Positions 52,984 through 62,278 of a stretch of 64,000 bases of DNA are shown here, in pieces. The DNA lies in NCBI GenBank assembly GCA_036273015.1, contig DATAXN010000054.1, positions 13,215-77,214 on the forward strand. Direction: 5' to 3'. The notes beneath the pieces are model-generated. The model ran no database searches. It was given only the letters and a program-made list of their open reading frames with translations, and was not told the DNA's origin. The stretch comes from Bryobacteraceae bacterium. Lineage in GTDB: Bacteria > Acidobacteriota > Terriglobia > Bryobacterales > Bryobacteraceae. Every line of letters begins with the position of its first letter. Position 1 is the stretch's first letter. A program made the position numbers and the translations under genes.

Positions 52984-53967
52984 ATGGCCCTGAACCGATA
53001 CAAGCTGGCGCACGTGACGTTGTTTTCCTACGACGGTCCGGTTTCGGAAAGCTATAACGAGTTGCGGCTGCGTCCTCGGCACGACGAGACTCAGAGCTGT
53101 CTTTCCTTCCGGCTGACAACCACACCGTTCTCGCGGCCCGCAGCGCACCTCGACTACTTCAACAATTGGGTGCATCAGTTCCATATCCTGCCGGAGCATC
53201 GGGAATTGCGTGTGGAATCCGAAGCCATCGTGCTCGTGCATCCCGCATCGCCATACGATACCCGGGCGGTGCCGTTACAGGAACTCGACGGGATGTCGGA
53301 TGCGCTGCGGGAGGAACATTACGACTGGCTGTCGGCCAGCCAGTATTGTCCGCTGCTGCCGGCTTTGAGCGGGTTGATCCAGGAAGTGGAAGCCCGATGC
53401 GACAGCACTGTGAGGAGCTTCGCGGATACCGCCGCGACGCTGATTCACGAGCGGTTCACTTACAAGAAAGGCGCGACGCACGTGCATTCCTCAGTGGAGG
53501 ATTGTCTGGTTACGCGCGCAGGTGTTTGTCAGGATTTTTCTCATCTGCTGATTGCGCTATTGCGCATGAGAGGAATACCCGCGCGCTACGTTTCCGGTTA
53601 TCTGGTTCCGCTCCATTCGCACGCGGCGGACGATGCGCGAGCCGCGATGGAGAATGTCATCGGCGGGCAGGCGTCACATGCCTGGGTCCAGGCCCATATT
53701 CCGGAGACCGGCTGGATCGGTCTGGATCCCACGGTTGGACATTTCGTTGAGGAGCAGCATATTCTGGTGGCCCGCGGACGCGATTACGGCGATGTGCCGC
53801 CGGTGCGCGGAGTTTACAAGGGGCACGCCGGACAAAGTCTTTCGGTGGACGTGCTGGTCAGGCCGGCTCTGGACGACGAGGGCGCTGAACTGTTGCAGAA
53901 AACATCCGCCGCGCCGCCACCCCGCCCGGACGCCGAACAACAACAACAACAGCAGCAGCAACAGTAA
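52984..53967 (+). CDS. Transglutaminase-like cysteine-protease-fold protein (Bact_transglu_N + TGase core) with poly-Gln tail
   Basis: 327 aa. Catalytic context GVCQDFSHLL (Cys), HAWVQAHI (His), GLDPT (Asp). Ends AEQQQQQQQQQ. Confidence 0.85.
   Translation: MALNRYKLAHVTLFSYDGPVSESYNELRLRPRHDETQSCLSFRLTTTPFSRPAAHLDYFNNWVHQFHILPEHRELRVESEAIVLVHPASPYDTRAVPLQELDGMSDALREEHYDWLSASQYCPLLPALSGLIQEVEARCDSTVRSFADTAATLIHERFTYKKGATHVHSSVEDCLVTRAGVCQDFSHLLIALLRMRGIPARYVSGYLVPLHSHAADDARAAMENVIGGQASHAWVQAHIPETGWIGLDPTVGHFVEEQHILVARGRDYGDVPPVRGVYKGHAGQSLSVDVLVRPALDDEGAELLQKTSAAPPPRPDAEQQQQQQQQQ
53938..53964 (+). repeat. (CAA/CAG)9 trinucleotide tract encoding the terminal Gln9
   Basis: caacaacaacaacagcagcagcaacag read directly, immediately before TAA. 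Confidence 0.9.
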
Positions 53968-53982
53968 TAAATAAGAGAGACT

Positions 53983-54005
53983 ACGCGGCTGGTAGCCGCG
54001 TGTCC
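53983..54005. terminator. Conserved 23-nt hairpin element, copy 3 (putative bidirectional terminator)
   Basis: ACGCGGCTGGTAGCCGCGTGTCC, then CTTTCC. Lies between the convergent transglutaminase gene and the TonB receptor gene. 22/23 identical to the copy at 18413. Confidence 0.5.
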
Positions 54006-54014
54006 CTTTCCACT

Positions 54015-56891
54015 TCAGAAGCTGAAGTTCGTTCCAAACGTAACTTTGCGGTTATTCGAAGTATCCGTGAATAAATAGAGCGCGGTGGACTGACCAAAGA
54101 GCGGCGAGGAAAGATTGCCCACGTAGCCGCCCGGATTCAGGTGGTTGAAGACGTTGTTTACATCGATGTTGAAGTTCAGCTTGTAGCGTTTTTCGGCATT
54201 TTTGCCCGCGGTCCTCGGTTTTCCAAAACTGAATGTGCGTCCGAGACGCATATTCAGGTTCCACTCGCCGCTTCCCGACAGGTAGTTGCGCGGCACCAGC
54301 TTCTCGCCGGGCAGGGGATCGGTGTCGAAGGCTCCGAACGGCGTGATGACCACGCTCGGCCGCGAAAGATCCGTGGCGAAGGCCGGCCGCTCGTTGGCGA
54401 TGGTATCCCCATTGAGGTCGCTGCCGATGGTCAGATTGTACGGATAACCCGAAGCCGTGATGAAGAGAGGATTTAACTGTAGTCCGAAAGGCATTTTGAT
54501 GGTTCCCTGCAGGCTGAAATAGTTCCGCAGTTGGAAAGATGAGGCGCCGTAATCCTGCATGAGGTTGAAGGGATTCGACGGCGAGCCGAGATTGTCCGCG
54601 TCTCCTTTCGCAAACATCAACTGGTAATAGGCGTTGAGCGAGACACGGCTGTTTACGTTGCTGGTGATCTGGATCCGGGTGACGTTTTCTTTTATGAAAC
54701 CGTCCGCTTCGTATACAAATGGATTTCCCGCCGCGTTGCCCAGCGGGCGCACTCCGCTTGTGGGATCGCCTGGTATATACGTTCCGGGCAAAGGTGTATT
54801 TACATTCACGATAGTCGTCAGGTGCGTCGCCAGCAGATTGACAAATGTTGCAGAAACGGTAGTTTTGGCCGGAAGCTGCCGTTCCAGCGTAAGCGCGCTT
54901 TCCCGGAGAGCAAGCGCCTGGGTATTCCCCTGCACCTTGTAAGTGACCGGCGGCTGCTGTTGCGAGAGGAGCGTCGGCAGCGAAGGAATGGACGGGAAGA
55001 AGTCCGGATTGGTCACGACAAATTGTTGCTGGGTGATTCCGTTGAACCGATTTTCCTGCAAAATCAGATTTGCCGAGAAGCGATTGTAGAACATGCCGAC
55101 CCCGGCCCGGATCACTGTCTTCGGAGAGCCGCCTCCGGGTTTCGTTTTTCCCGGCGACCACGCAATGGCGATGCGCGGTCCCAGATCGGCGTGATCCGAA
55201 ATGTTGGTCTGCATCTCGTAGCGCATCCCGGCAATGAGCGAGAAATTCGGACGAATCCGCCAATCGTCCTGAACGTAGAGACCCGCGTCCGTCTGGTCGA
55301 CTCGCGCCAGCGGATTTCCGCCCGCAATGGAGAATTGTGACGCTCCTCCACCCATAGCCTGGACTTCCTCGGGCGAAAATCCCAGCCCCTGGAACAGAAG
55401 CGTGCGACGATACTGTTCGAGCGACGTAATAGGCGCTGTGAGAGGCTGACCATCCGACCCGTACTCAAACTGATTATTCGCGTTCAGTACCGGTGCATCG
55501 CTCTCACCGAAGAAGCTGAACGTGCCGCCGAAATTCGTCGGTGAAATATCGGTAATCCCTGTATAGCGGACGCGCGCGCCGAACACGACCGTATGGGGGC
55601 CATGAATCGTTGTCGTGTTGCTCTGGAATTCGTATTGACGCCACAAATTGGAGGCTCTGCCCACCTGAGCGCTGCCCGCGTTGAATGCTCCGGAAACGAT
55701 CAGACCCGGCACGGTATTGGATCCGAACTGATCGGTCGAGATCTGCGTGAAGGCAAATTTCGTATCGGTGACTGTACTGCTGTTCAATACTGCCGTCTCG
55801 GTAAGCCTCACATCGTGCCGCGATTGCTCATTGCTGTATTCGCGCGAAACGAGACTGTATTGGCCGATCCCGTTGTTATCGCGATCGCTCCGGTAGTACT
55901 GATAATTGCCCGTAAACGTGTTGTTGGTAGAGATCTGGTAGTCGAACCGGGCGTTCCCTGTGTAGTCGTCGCGCGGCGTCAGAACGGAAGAACGGATCGG
56001 TCTCTCGATCAGCGTGGTGGGATCCAGGGTCACGGCGTTGATCAGCGCCGTGTTGTCAATGGTGCGCTGCGCGAAATTTACAAGATATGATGCGCGGCGG
56101 CCCAACGGCCCTGCCAGATTAGCCTGGATTAGTCGGTTCACGTAGCCGGGTTTGTTGGCCGCATAGGGATTGCGGGAGTTGAAAAATGCGTCGCTGTCCG
56201 TGAGGCCCAGGCCGCCACGAAGCTGGTCGGAGCCGGGCTTGGTAATGATTTCGATTCTTCCGAATCCCAGGTTGTCATACTCCGCCGAGAAGGGATTCTG
56301 ATTAATTTTGATCTCCTTGATCGCGGCCTTCGGTGGCAACTGCGCGTTGCTGAAACCGTCCAGCAGAATCTGTGGACCTCCGGTAGGCCCCGCTGCCGGT
56401 CCGGCGAGTTGGTTCAGGGCATCGCTCAAATCGTCGGGGTCATCAGGAAGGGCATCCAGGTTGCCGCCTGCGACTACCAACGCCGATTGGTTCTTTGAGG
56501 GATCGGTACTGAGTTCCGGACCTTTACCGCCCGAAACCGTCACTGCCTGCGTGCCGCCGCTCGGAATGAGTTGGATCGGGAATTCAATGCTCTTTCCGGC
56601 ATCTACCGTTACCGTTTTCTCGAAAATCCGGAATCCAGGGAACTCAACTTTAACTGTGTAATCGCCGGACGGAAGACCGGGGAAAGTATACGAGCCGTCC
56701 GCTTGCGTAACTGCCGTTTTCCTTGTATCGCCGGCGGTCAGGGAAACGGTCGCTGCCGGAATTACTGCGCCAGACGTATCCGTCAGAACGCCGCGCACTA
56801 TCCCGGTGTTCTGCTGCGCCACCAGCATAGTTGCCAGCAGCGTCGCCATCAATGCGCAGACCGCCTTTCGCATTTTCCCTATGATACGCAA
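54015..56891 (-). CDS. TonB-dependent receptor with N-terminal carboxypeptidase-regulatory-like domain
   Basis: 958 aa, signal peptide. GIVRGVLTDTSGAVIPAATVSL and GDYTVKVEFPGF (CarboxypepD_reg). Long beta-barrel ending in the aromatic terminal TNFSF. Confidence 0.85.
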   Translation of the reverse strand: MRIIGKMRKAVCALMATLLATMLVAQQNTGIVRGVLTDTSGAVIPAATVSLTAGDTRKTAVTQADGSYTFPGLPSGDYTVKVEFPGFRIFEKTVTVDAGKSIEFPIQLIPSGGTQAVTVSGGKGPELSTDPSKNQSALVVAGGNLDALPDDPDDLSDALNQLAGPAAGPTGGPQILLDGFSNAQLPPKAAIKEIKINQNPFSAEYDNLGFGRIEIITKPGSDQLRGGLGLTDSDAFFNSRNPYAANKPGYVNRLIQANLAGPLGRRASYLVNFAQRTIDNTALINAVTLDPTTLIERPIRSSVLTPRDDYTGNARFDYQISTNNTFTGNYQYYRSDRDNNGIGQYSLVSREYSNEQSRHDVRLTETAVLNSSTVTDTKFAFTQISTDQFGSNTVPGLIVSGAFNAGSAQVGRASNLWRQYEFQSNTTTIHGPHTVVFGARVRYTGITDISPTNFGGTFSFFGESDAPVLNANNQFEYGSDGQPLTAPITSLEQYRRTLLFQGLGFSPEEVQAMGGGASQFSIAGGNPLARVDQTDAGLYVQDDWRIRPNFSLIAGMRYEMQTNISDHADLGPRIAIAWSPGKTKPGGGSPKTVIRAGVGMFYNRFSANLILQENRFNGITQQQFVVTNPDFFPSIPSLPTLLSQQQPPVTYKVQGNTQALALRESALTLERQLPAKTTVSATFVNLLATHLTTIVNVNTPLPGTYIPGDPTSGVRPLGNAAGNPFVYEADGFIKENVTRIQITSNVNSRVSLNAYYQLMFAKGDADNLGSPSNPFNLMQDYGASSFQLRNYFSLQGTIKMPFGLQLNPLFITASGYPYNLTIGSDLNGDTIANERPAFATDLSRPSVVITPFGAFDTDPLPGEKLVPRNYLSGSGEWNLNMRLGRTFSFGKPRTAGKNAEKRYKLNFNIDVNNVFNHLNPGGYVGNLSSPLFGQSTALYLFTDTSNNRKVTFGTNFSF

Positions 56892-56972
56892 CGAAGTGAT
56901 GCGCCGAAGTCCAAAAAATCCGACAGAGAAATAATCGGGCGGGCGAGATTCCCATTAATTTCCGGAAAATGG

Positions 56973-57878
56973 TCAATATTCCGCTAAATATGCTGTCGCA
57001 GATGTGGCCAGAGTGCCCGAGGAACTCTTCGCCCACAGGCGGACAGTCCTTCCGTCATCCTCGCGTTTCCCGCAGACCGAGAAAGGCGCTGTGTCGAAAA
57101 GCGGGCCTACGGCGCGAAATTCAAATTTCGCGATCACGGGCAGTGGCAGGCTCGCGCGCACCAGTTCCACCAGCAACGTAGCAATGAGAGGGCCGTGGAC
57201 GACCAGCCCGGGGTAGCCCTCAGTCTCCGTCGCATAACGGCGATCGTAATGAATGCGGTGTCCGTTGAAAGTCAGCGCGGAATATCGAAACAAAAGGATA
57301 TCGTCTGGATTCACGGTGCGCTGCCACTCCGCATCTGCCGGCGCCGCCAGCGGAGGAGGAGCCGGTTCGCCCGGTTGGGGGTTGCCGCGATAAACGATAT
57401 CGTGTTCCTCAACCAGCCTGACGCCTTCTTCGTTGGCAATTTCGTGCCGCAGGAGAACGAAGACCAGCGGGCCGGTTCGCCCTTCCTTCAGCTTCACATC
57501 AACGATTCGTGACGTGCGCCTGATGCTCTCACCCACGCGCAAGGGACGATAAAACTCGATACGCCCTCCCGCCCACATGCGCCGCGGCAGTTCGACCGGA
57601 GGCAGAAACCCGCCTCGCCGCGCATGGCCGTCCGGCCCCAGTTCCGATTGCAGGGGGAACGGCAGAAAGTAGAGCCAATGCCAAAGCGGCGGCAGCGGAT
57701 CGCCGGGTTCGGGGTAGGGGATTTCGATATCGAGCGTGGCGGCCAGCGCGGCGACAGGGGCCGCTGTTACCTCGTCCGATCGCGCCTCGCTTCGACCGAT
57801 CCAATCCTGGAGATGTGTGATATCCAAACCGGCTAAGTTAACACATCCTGGTCTGATAGACTCCCTTCCGGCAACCAT
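56973..57878 (-). CDS. MaoC-family (double hotdog) acyl dehydratase
   Basis: HLQDWIGRSE N-terminal pattern and PGLVVHGPL hotdog motif. Start taken at ATG 57878 (M56 of ORF 56973..58043). Start uncertain. Confidence 0.7.
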   Translation of the reverse strand: MVAGRESIRPGCVNLAGLDITHLQDWIGRSEARSDEVTAAPVAALAATLDIEIPYPEPGDPLPPLWHWLYFLPFPLQSELGPDGHARRGGFLPPVELPRRMWAGGRIEFYRPLRVGESIRRTSRIVDVKLKEGRTGPLVFVLLRHEIANEEGVRLVEEHDIVYRGNPQPGEPAPPPLAAPADAEWQRTVNPDDILLFRYSALTFNGHRIHYDRRYATETEGYPGLVVHGPLIATLLVELVRASLPLPVIAKFEFRAVGPLFDTAPFSVCGKREDDGRTVRLWAKSSSGTLATSATAYLAEY

Positions 57879-57930
57879 GTCCGAATCGCGCACGATCGAA
57901 ACGCCGAGCATAAACGCTCCCGTGACGGGC

Positions 57931-59094
57931 ATGCGAGTCTGGCTACCCGTTTTCGTGATGATGACGTGCTCCTGGCTTTCGTACATCGATCGCCAGGCAT
58001 TGGCCGTAATCTCCCCGCTGATTCTCAAAGACACCGGACTCACGGCGGGAGATTATGCGGACGCAGTCTCCGCTTTTTCCATTGCCTATATGATCGGCAA
58101 TCCGTTATGGGGTTCGCTGCTGGACTATATGGGGCTGCGCCTCGGGATGCTGATCGCAGTCGGAATCTGGAGTATCGCCAGCGCATCGCATGCGTGGATG
58201 ACCGGCTTGCTCGGATTCGCAGCCGCGCGCGCGTTGCTCGGGTTCGGAGAAGGCGCCACGTTCCCGGGCGGCCTTCGAACCGCTGCCGATTCTTTGCCCC
58301 TCAGCAAACAATCGCGCGGCATGGGAATCACCTATAGCGGAGCTTCCGTAGGCGCCATCATCGCCCCGTTAATGATGACGCCGATCGCGCTGCGCTTCGG
58401 CTGGCGCGCTGCGTTTGTTTCGACAGGGCTGTTGGGTTTTGCATGGCTCGGCGTTTGGTGGTTCGTGGCGCGCGCACCGCTCGTGCCTCCGGTACCTCGT
58501 AAAGCGAGCCGGATCGTCTGGCCGAATATGCTCGAAAGGCGTTTCTGGCTCCTTGTAATCAACTTTGGGCTGGGAGGCGCAGCGCTAGGGCCAACGCTGT
58601 ATCTGAGTCCGTTGTATCTGAATCGAGTGATGGGTCTGTCTCAGTCGCAGTTGGGAAAGGTCCTCTGGATTCCCGCAGTGATCTGGGAGTGTGGATATTA
58701 CTTCTGGGGCTGGGTCGGAGATCGCTTTGTGCGCGACAATCCACGGCCCATTCGTCTCTACGTGCTGCTGACCGTTTTGGCGCTCGTGCCCGCGGTCATT
58801 ACAAGAGTTCATTCGTGGCCCCTTGTGTTGGCGCTTTTCGCGTGGGCGATGTTCATTGCGGTGGGATTTATCGTGATGTCGTTGCATTTAGGCGCGCGCG
58901 CTTACCCCAAAGATCAAACGGGGATGGTCGCGGGAGTGGGCGGCGGAGCGTGGTCGGCTGTAATCGCGATCCTGCTGCCGATCTACGGCCGCTGGTTCGA
59001 TCAACAGTTGTATGCGGCAGTCTTCATCTCATTGAGCGCGATACCGATTCTCGGAACTGCGTTGTGGTGGTGGATTGGAAGAAGGCGTAATTGA
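57931..59094 (+). CDS. MFS transporter (anion:cation symporter-like)
   Basis: 12-TM pattern. SYIDRQALAVISPLI, GNPLWGSLLDYMGLR. Start ATG 57931 preferred over 57877 or 57736 because it leaves a divergent spacer. Confidence 0.75.
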   Translation: MRVWLPVFVMMTCSWLSYIDRQALAVISPLILKDTGLTAGDYADAVSAFSIAYMIGNPLWGSLLDYMGLRLGMLIAVGIWSIASASHAWMTGLLGFAAARALLGFGEGATFPGGLRTAADSLPLSKQSRGMGITYSGASVGAIIAPLMMTPIALRFGWRAAFVSTGLLGFAWLGVWWFVARAPLVPPVPRKASRIVWPNMLERRFWLLVINFGLGGAALGPTLYLSPLYLNRVMGLSQSQLGKVLWIPAVIWECGYYFWGWVGDRFVRDNPRPIRLYVLLTVLALVPAVITRVHSWPLVLALFAWAMFIAVGFIVMSLHLGARAYPKDQTGMVAGVGGGAWSAVIAILLPIYGRWFDQQLYAAVFISLSAIPILGTALWWWIGRRRN

Positions 59095-59142
59095 AATCAC
59101 ATCCGTCCTAGTCCGTGATACCCTACGCCCCGGAGGTCGTAA

Positions 59143-59724
59143 ATGAAAGCCTTACGTTTTGGAATTGTGACAATTTTCACAATAGCGTTAATCGCCGTTC
59201 CCGCGTGGTCGCAGAAAAAAGAAGAGAAAGGTGGTGGAGGACGGGTAGGCGGTGGATATATTCCACCGCGCGGACCGGCTCCCGCCAGAGCTCAGGCGCC
59301 GCGAGCACAGGAACCGGCACGACCCGCAGGAACCGCTCGACCTGAAACTCCGCGGCCTCGTCCGCCAGCGGATATCCAGGGCCACCCGGAAGCTCCGCAT
59401 GTGCATACAAACGGTCAGTGGATCGGTCACGATTCCGGGAAGAACGATCCTCATTACCATCTTGATCACCCGTTCGAACACGGAAAATTTTCAGGTGGCA
59501 TCGGGAAAGGCCACGTATGGCATCTCGCGGGAGGCGGTCCCAACCGCTTCTGGTTCGGTAATTTCTACTGGAGCGTTGCGCCTTACGATTTGAACCTCGT
59601 CAGCGATTGGCTGTGGAACGGTGATCAGATCGTAATCTATGACGACCCCGATCATGCCGGTTGGTATCTGGCATACAATGTGCGGCTCGGCACGTATTGC
59701 CACGTGATGTATCTGGGCGCCTGA
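59143..59724 (+). CDS. Hypothetical secreted protein
   Basis: 193 aa. GGAGG SD. Signal peptide [17 protein letters not shown]. Gly/Pro/Arg-rich linker, then an aromatic-rich domain ([14 protein letters not shown]). Confidence 0.55.
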   Translation: MKALRFGIVTIFTIALIAVPAWSQKKEEKGGGGRVGGGYIPPRGPAPARAQAPRAQEPARPAGTARPETPRPRPPADIQGHPEAPHVHTNGQWIGHDSGKNDPHYHLDHPFEHGKFSGGIGKGHVWHLAGGGPNRFWFGNFYWSVAPYDLNLVSDWLWNGDQIVIYDDPDHAGWYLAYNVRLGTYCHVMYLGA

Positions 59725-59762
59725 TTTTCACTCACTGGTCTTTCAAGTGCTCGGGGAGGGGT

Positions 59763-61286
59763 ATGCGTAATGCGGGACTCCTCCTTCTTCCGGCAGCGAT
59801 TTCGCTGACAACGATTTCTTTTCTATCGATTGGTTGCTCCAAAACTCAAAATGCCGCGGCTGATCCCAATTCCGCTGCGGCAGCTGACGGTAATCTCGCG
59901 CCGGTAAGCGCTCCCGCACCGGTGCAGCAGCAAGCACAGTCTTATTCCGGTCAAACTCAGTATTCGAATCAAACTCAGGCGCAGCCCTACCCGGCTGAGG
60001 CTCCGCCGCCTGACAACTCGTATCAGGACGTGCCTGAAGATCAGGGACCGGTCGTATATGCTCCGGAGCCACCGCCGCCGCTACCGGAATACAGTCAGCC
60101 GCCATGCCCCGGCGATAACTACATGTGGACTCCCGGATACTGGGCTTACGCAGACACCGGCTACTATTGGGTCCCCGGTGTTTGGGTTCTTGCGCCTTTC
60201 GTCGATGCATTGTGGACGCCTCCTTACTGGGACTTCTATGGAGGCCGCTATCGCTGGCATCGCGGATATTGGGGCGATCATATCGGCTTTTATGGCGGCA
60301 TTGACTACGGCTTTGGCTACACCGGCAGTGGTTTTTACGGCGGCTATTGGAACAGCGGTCGTTTCGCCTATAACAGGGCCGTTACGAATATCAATGCGAC
60401 GGTTGTGCACAACGTGTATCAACGCGGAGTCCCGAGTAGTCCAGCGCCACGTCGTATCAGCTATAACGGCGGACCGGGAGGAGTCAGCGCACGGCCAATT
60501 CCCGCGGAACTTGCAGCCATGCGCGAAAGACGCGCCGCGCCGGTGGCAGCGCAGGTAGAACATCAACGAGCAGCCGCTTCGAATCGGCAACAGTTTGCCT
60601 CGGCGAATCGGGGACGTCCGACTCTGATCGCGCAATCGCAGCCTCTTGCAACTCCGTATCGCGCTCCGGCCGCACGTCCTTCAGCCGCCGAACAATTGCG
60701 GCCTGTCGCCCCGCCTGCACAGGCTCGTGAGCAATTTCGTCCCGGACAAACCCCGCAGACTCTCGCGAATGGAAAATCGGTTCCGCAGCAGGAGCGGCCC
60801 GAACCGCAGCGCGTTCAAAATGAACCTGCACCGGCTCAACGCTCGAACCTGAGGCGACCTGTTCCTGAGCCTGGTCCGATTACACCGGCTCGACCTTCGG
60901 AGTCCCAAGCCCGGCTGGCTCAACAAGCGCCACATCCGGAAAATCAGCGTCAAGCTCGGCCCGTTCCCGCGACGAGGCCTTTTACTCCACAGCCCCAGCA
61001 GAGACCGGCTCCTCAACCAGCAACGCGACAGGCTCCGATTCCGGAAAGGCGCGCACCGCAGCGGCAAGCCAGACCGCAACCCGTGCCGGAGAGACCTGCA
61101 CCCCAAGCTCGGCCCCAGCCGGCGGCGCGGCCGTCACCCCAAGTTCGCCCCGCGCCGCCACGACCGCAATCAGCCGCCAGACCCCAGCCCGCGCCTCGTC
61201 CTGCTGCGCAACCGGCTGCAAGGCCCGCGCCTTCGTCGCGACCATCGCCACAACAAGCCCGACCTGAGGACAAAGAACATCGTTAA
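59763..61286 (+). CDS. YXWGXW-repeat lipoprotein with long Pro/Gln/Arg-rich tail
   Basis: Start ATG 59763. Lipobox LSIGC. WTPGYWAYADTGYYWVPGVWV...WTPPYWDFYGGRYRWHRGYWG. The C-terminal 250 aa or so are low-complexity RPxPxP. Confidence 0.65.
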   Translation: MRNAGLLLLPAAISLTTISFLSIGCSKTQNAAADPNSAAAADGNLAPVSAPAPVQQQAQSYSGQTQYSNQTQAQPYPAEAPPPDNSYQDVPEDQGPVVYAPEPPPPLPEYSQPPCPGDNYMWTPGYWAYADTGYYWVPGVWVLAPFVDALWTPPYWDFYGGRYRWHRGYWGDHIGFYGGIDYGFGYTGSGFYGGYWNSGRFAYNRAVTNINATVVHNVYQRGVPSSPAPRRISYNGGPGGVSARPIPAELAAMRERRAAPVAAQVEHQRAAASNRQQFASANRGRPTLIAQSQPLATPYRAPAARPSAAEQLRPVAPPAQAREQFRPGQTPQTLANGKSVPQQERPEPQRVQNEPAPAQRSNLRRPVPEPGPITPARPSESQARLAQQAPHPENQRQARPVPATRPFTPQPQQRPAPQPATRQAPIPERRAPQRQARPQPVPERPAPQARPQPAARPSPQVRPAPPRPQSAARPQPAPRPAAQPAARPAPSSRPSPQQARPEDKEHR

Positions 61287-61291
61287 ATCCG

Positions 61292-61316
61292 TTGCCTCAG
61301 TGAGATCCTGAGGCAA
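61292..61316 (+). promoter_or_regulatory. Perfect 9-bp hairpin covering the SD of the Er-VIT1 gene
   Basis: TTGCCTCAG-tgagatc-CTGAGGCAA. The 3' arm contains GAGG and ends 1 nt before ATG 61318. It may also terminate the upstream gene. Confidence 0.4.
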
Positions 61317-61317
61317 T

Positions 61318-62274
61318 ATGCGGAAGTTCGACAGCCTCTCAGAGCGCGAAGTTCTCGCGCTTGCGATTTCGCTCGAAGAAGATGACGAGCGTACGTATGC
61401 CGACTATGCCGAGCGCCTGCGGCATGATTTTCCCGCGTCAGCGACGATATTCGATGCGATGGGCGTTGAGGAATCGGGGCATCGGCGTCGTCTCCTCGAT
61501 CTCTACCATCGGCGGTTTGGCGACCACATTCCGTTAATACGCTGGAACGATGTCAGCGGCTTCGTTACGCGAAAGCCCGCATGGCTGATGCAGCCGTTCG
61601 ATGTCGGCAAAGTTCGTAAACAGGCAGCCGCGATGGAAATCGAAAGCCGGCGCTTCTATGAAAAAGCGGCGGCTCGGGCGCAGGATCCCGGCACGCGGCA
61701 GTTGCTCGACGACCTCGCGAACGAAGAACGATCGCACGAAAACCGCGCCGAGGAACTGGAAAAAGAGAAGCTGGGTTTCAGCGGCAAGAAAGAAGAGGAC
61801 GAGGCCAGCCGCCGTCTTTTCGTGCTGCAGATCGTGCAACCCGGTCTTGCGGGACTAATGGATGGGTCCGTCTCGACACTGGCTCCGGTTTTTGCCGCGG
61901 CATTCGCCACGCACAAGAGTTGGGACGCTTTCCTCGTCGGACTGGCTGCCTCAGTCGGCGCGGGGATCAGTATGGGCTTTGCCGAAGCGCTTTCCGACGA
62001 CGGAAGCCTTACTGGGCGCGGACATCCCTGGGTGCGCGGACTTGTCTGTGGAGCGATGACAGCGGTCGGCGGAATCGGGCACACCCTGCCGTTCCTCATA
62101 CCTGAATTCCACGTTGCCATGACTGCGGCCGTGATTGTGGTGCTGCTGGAGTTGGCTGCCATCACCTGGATTCGCCATCACTTTATGGACACACCGCCGC
62201 TTTCGGCCGCGCTGCAGGTCGGACTGGGCGGAGCGCTGGTATTTGCGACCGGCGTTTTGATTGGTAACGCCTGA
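61318..62274 (+). CDS. mbfA: Erythrin-VIT1 fusion (membrane-bound ferritin-like iron exporter, MbfA-like)
   Basis: 318 aa. N-terminal ferritin-like E-x2-H motifs (EESGH, EERSH). C-terminal VIT1/CCC1 membrane domain [15 protein letters not shown]. Confidence 0.75.
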   Translation: MRKFDSLSEREVLALAISLEEDDERTYADYAERLRHDFPASATIFDAMGVEESGHRRRLLDLYHRRFGDHIPLIRWNDVSGFVTRKPAWLMQPFDVGKVRKQAAAMEIESRRFYEKAAARAQDPGTRQLLDDLANEERSHENRAEELEKEKLGFSGKKEEDEASRRLFVLQIVQPGLAGLMDGSVSTLAPVFAAAFATHKSWDAFLVGLAASVGAGISMGFAEALSDDGSLTGRGHPWVRGLVCGAMTAVGGIGHTLPFLIPEFHVAMTAAVIVVLLELAAITWIRHHFMDTPPLSAALQVGLGGALVFATGVLIGNA

Positions 62275-62278
62275 GCTT

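Noticed and set aside
50404-53125. 241-aa and 285-aa minus-strand ORFs across the cpATP-grasp/alpha-E/TGase operon
   Set aside because: They are antisense to three motif-bearing genes and show typical GC-frame artefact composition.
54052-55263. 403-aa minus-strand ORF inside the TonB receptor gene
   Set aside because: It is an alternative frame of the 958-aa receptor ORF, which has the CarboxypepD_reg N-terminus and a terminal aromatic barrel signature.
60646-61286. Several 60-140-aa ORFs on both strands within the Pro-rich tail region
   Set aside because: They are generated by the repetitive CCG/CAG-rich coding sequence of the lipoprotein tail. They have no start context or motifs.
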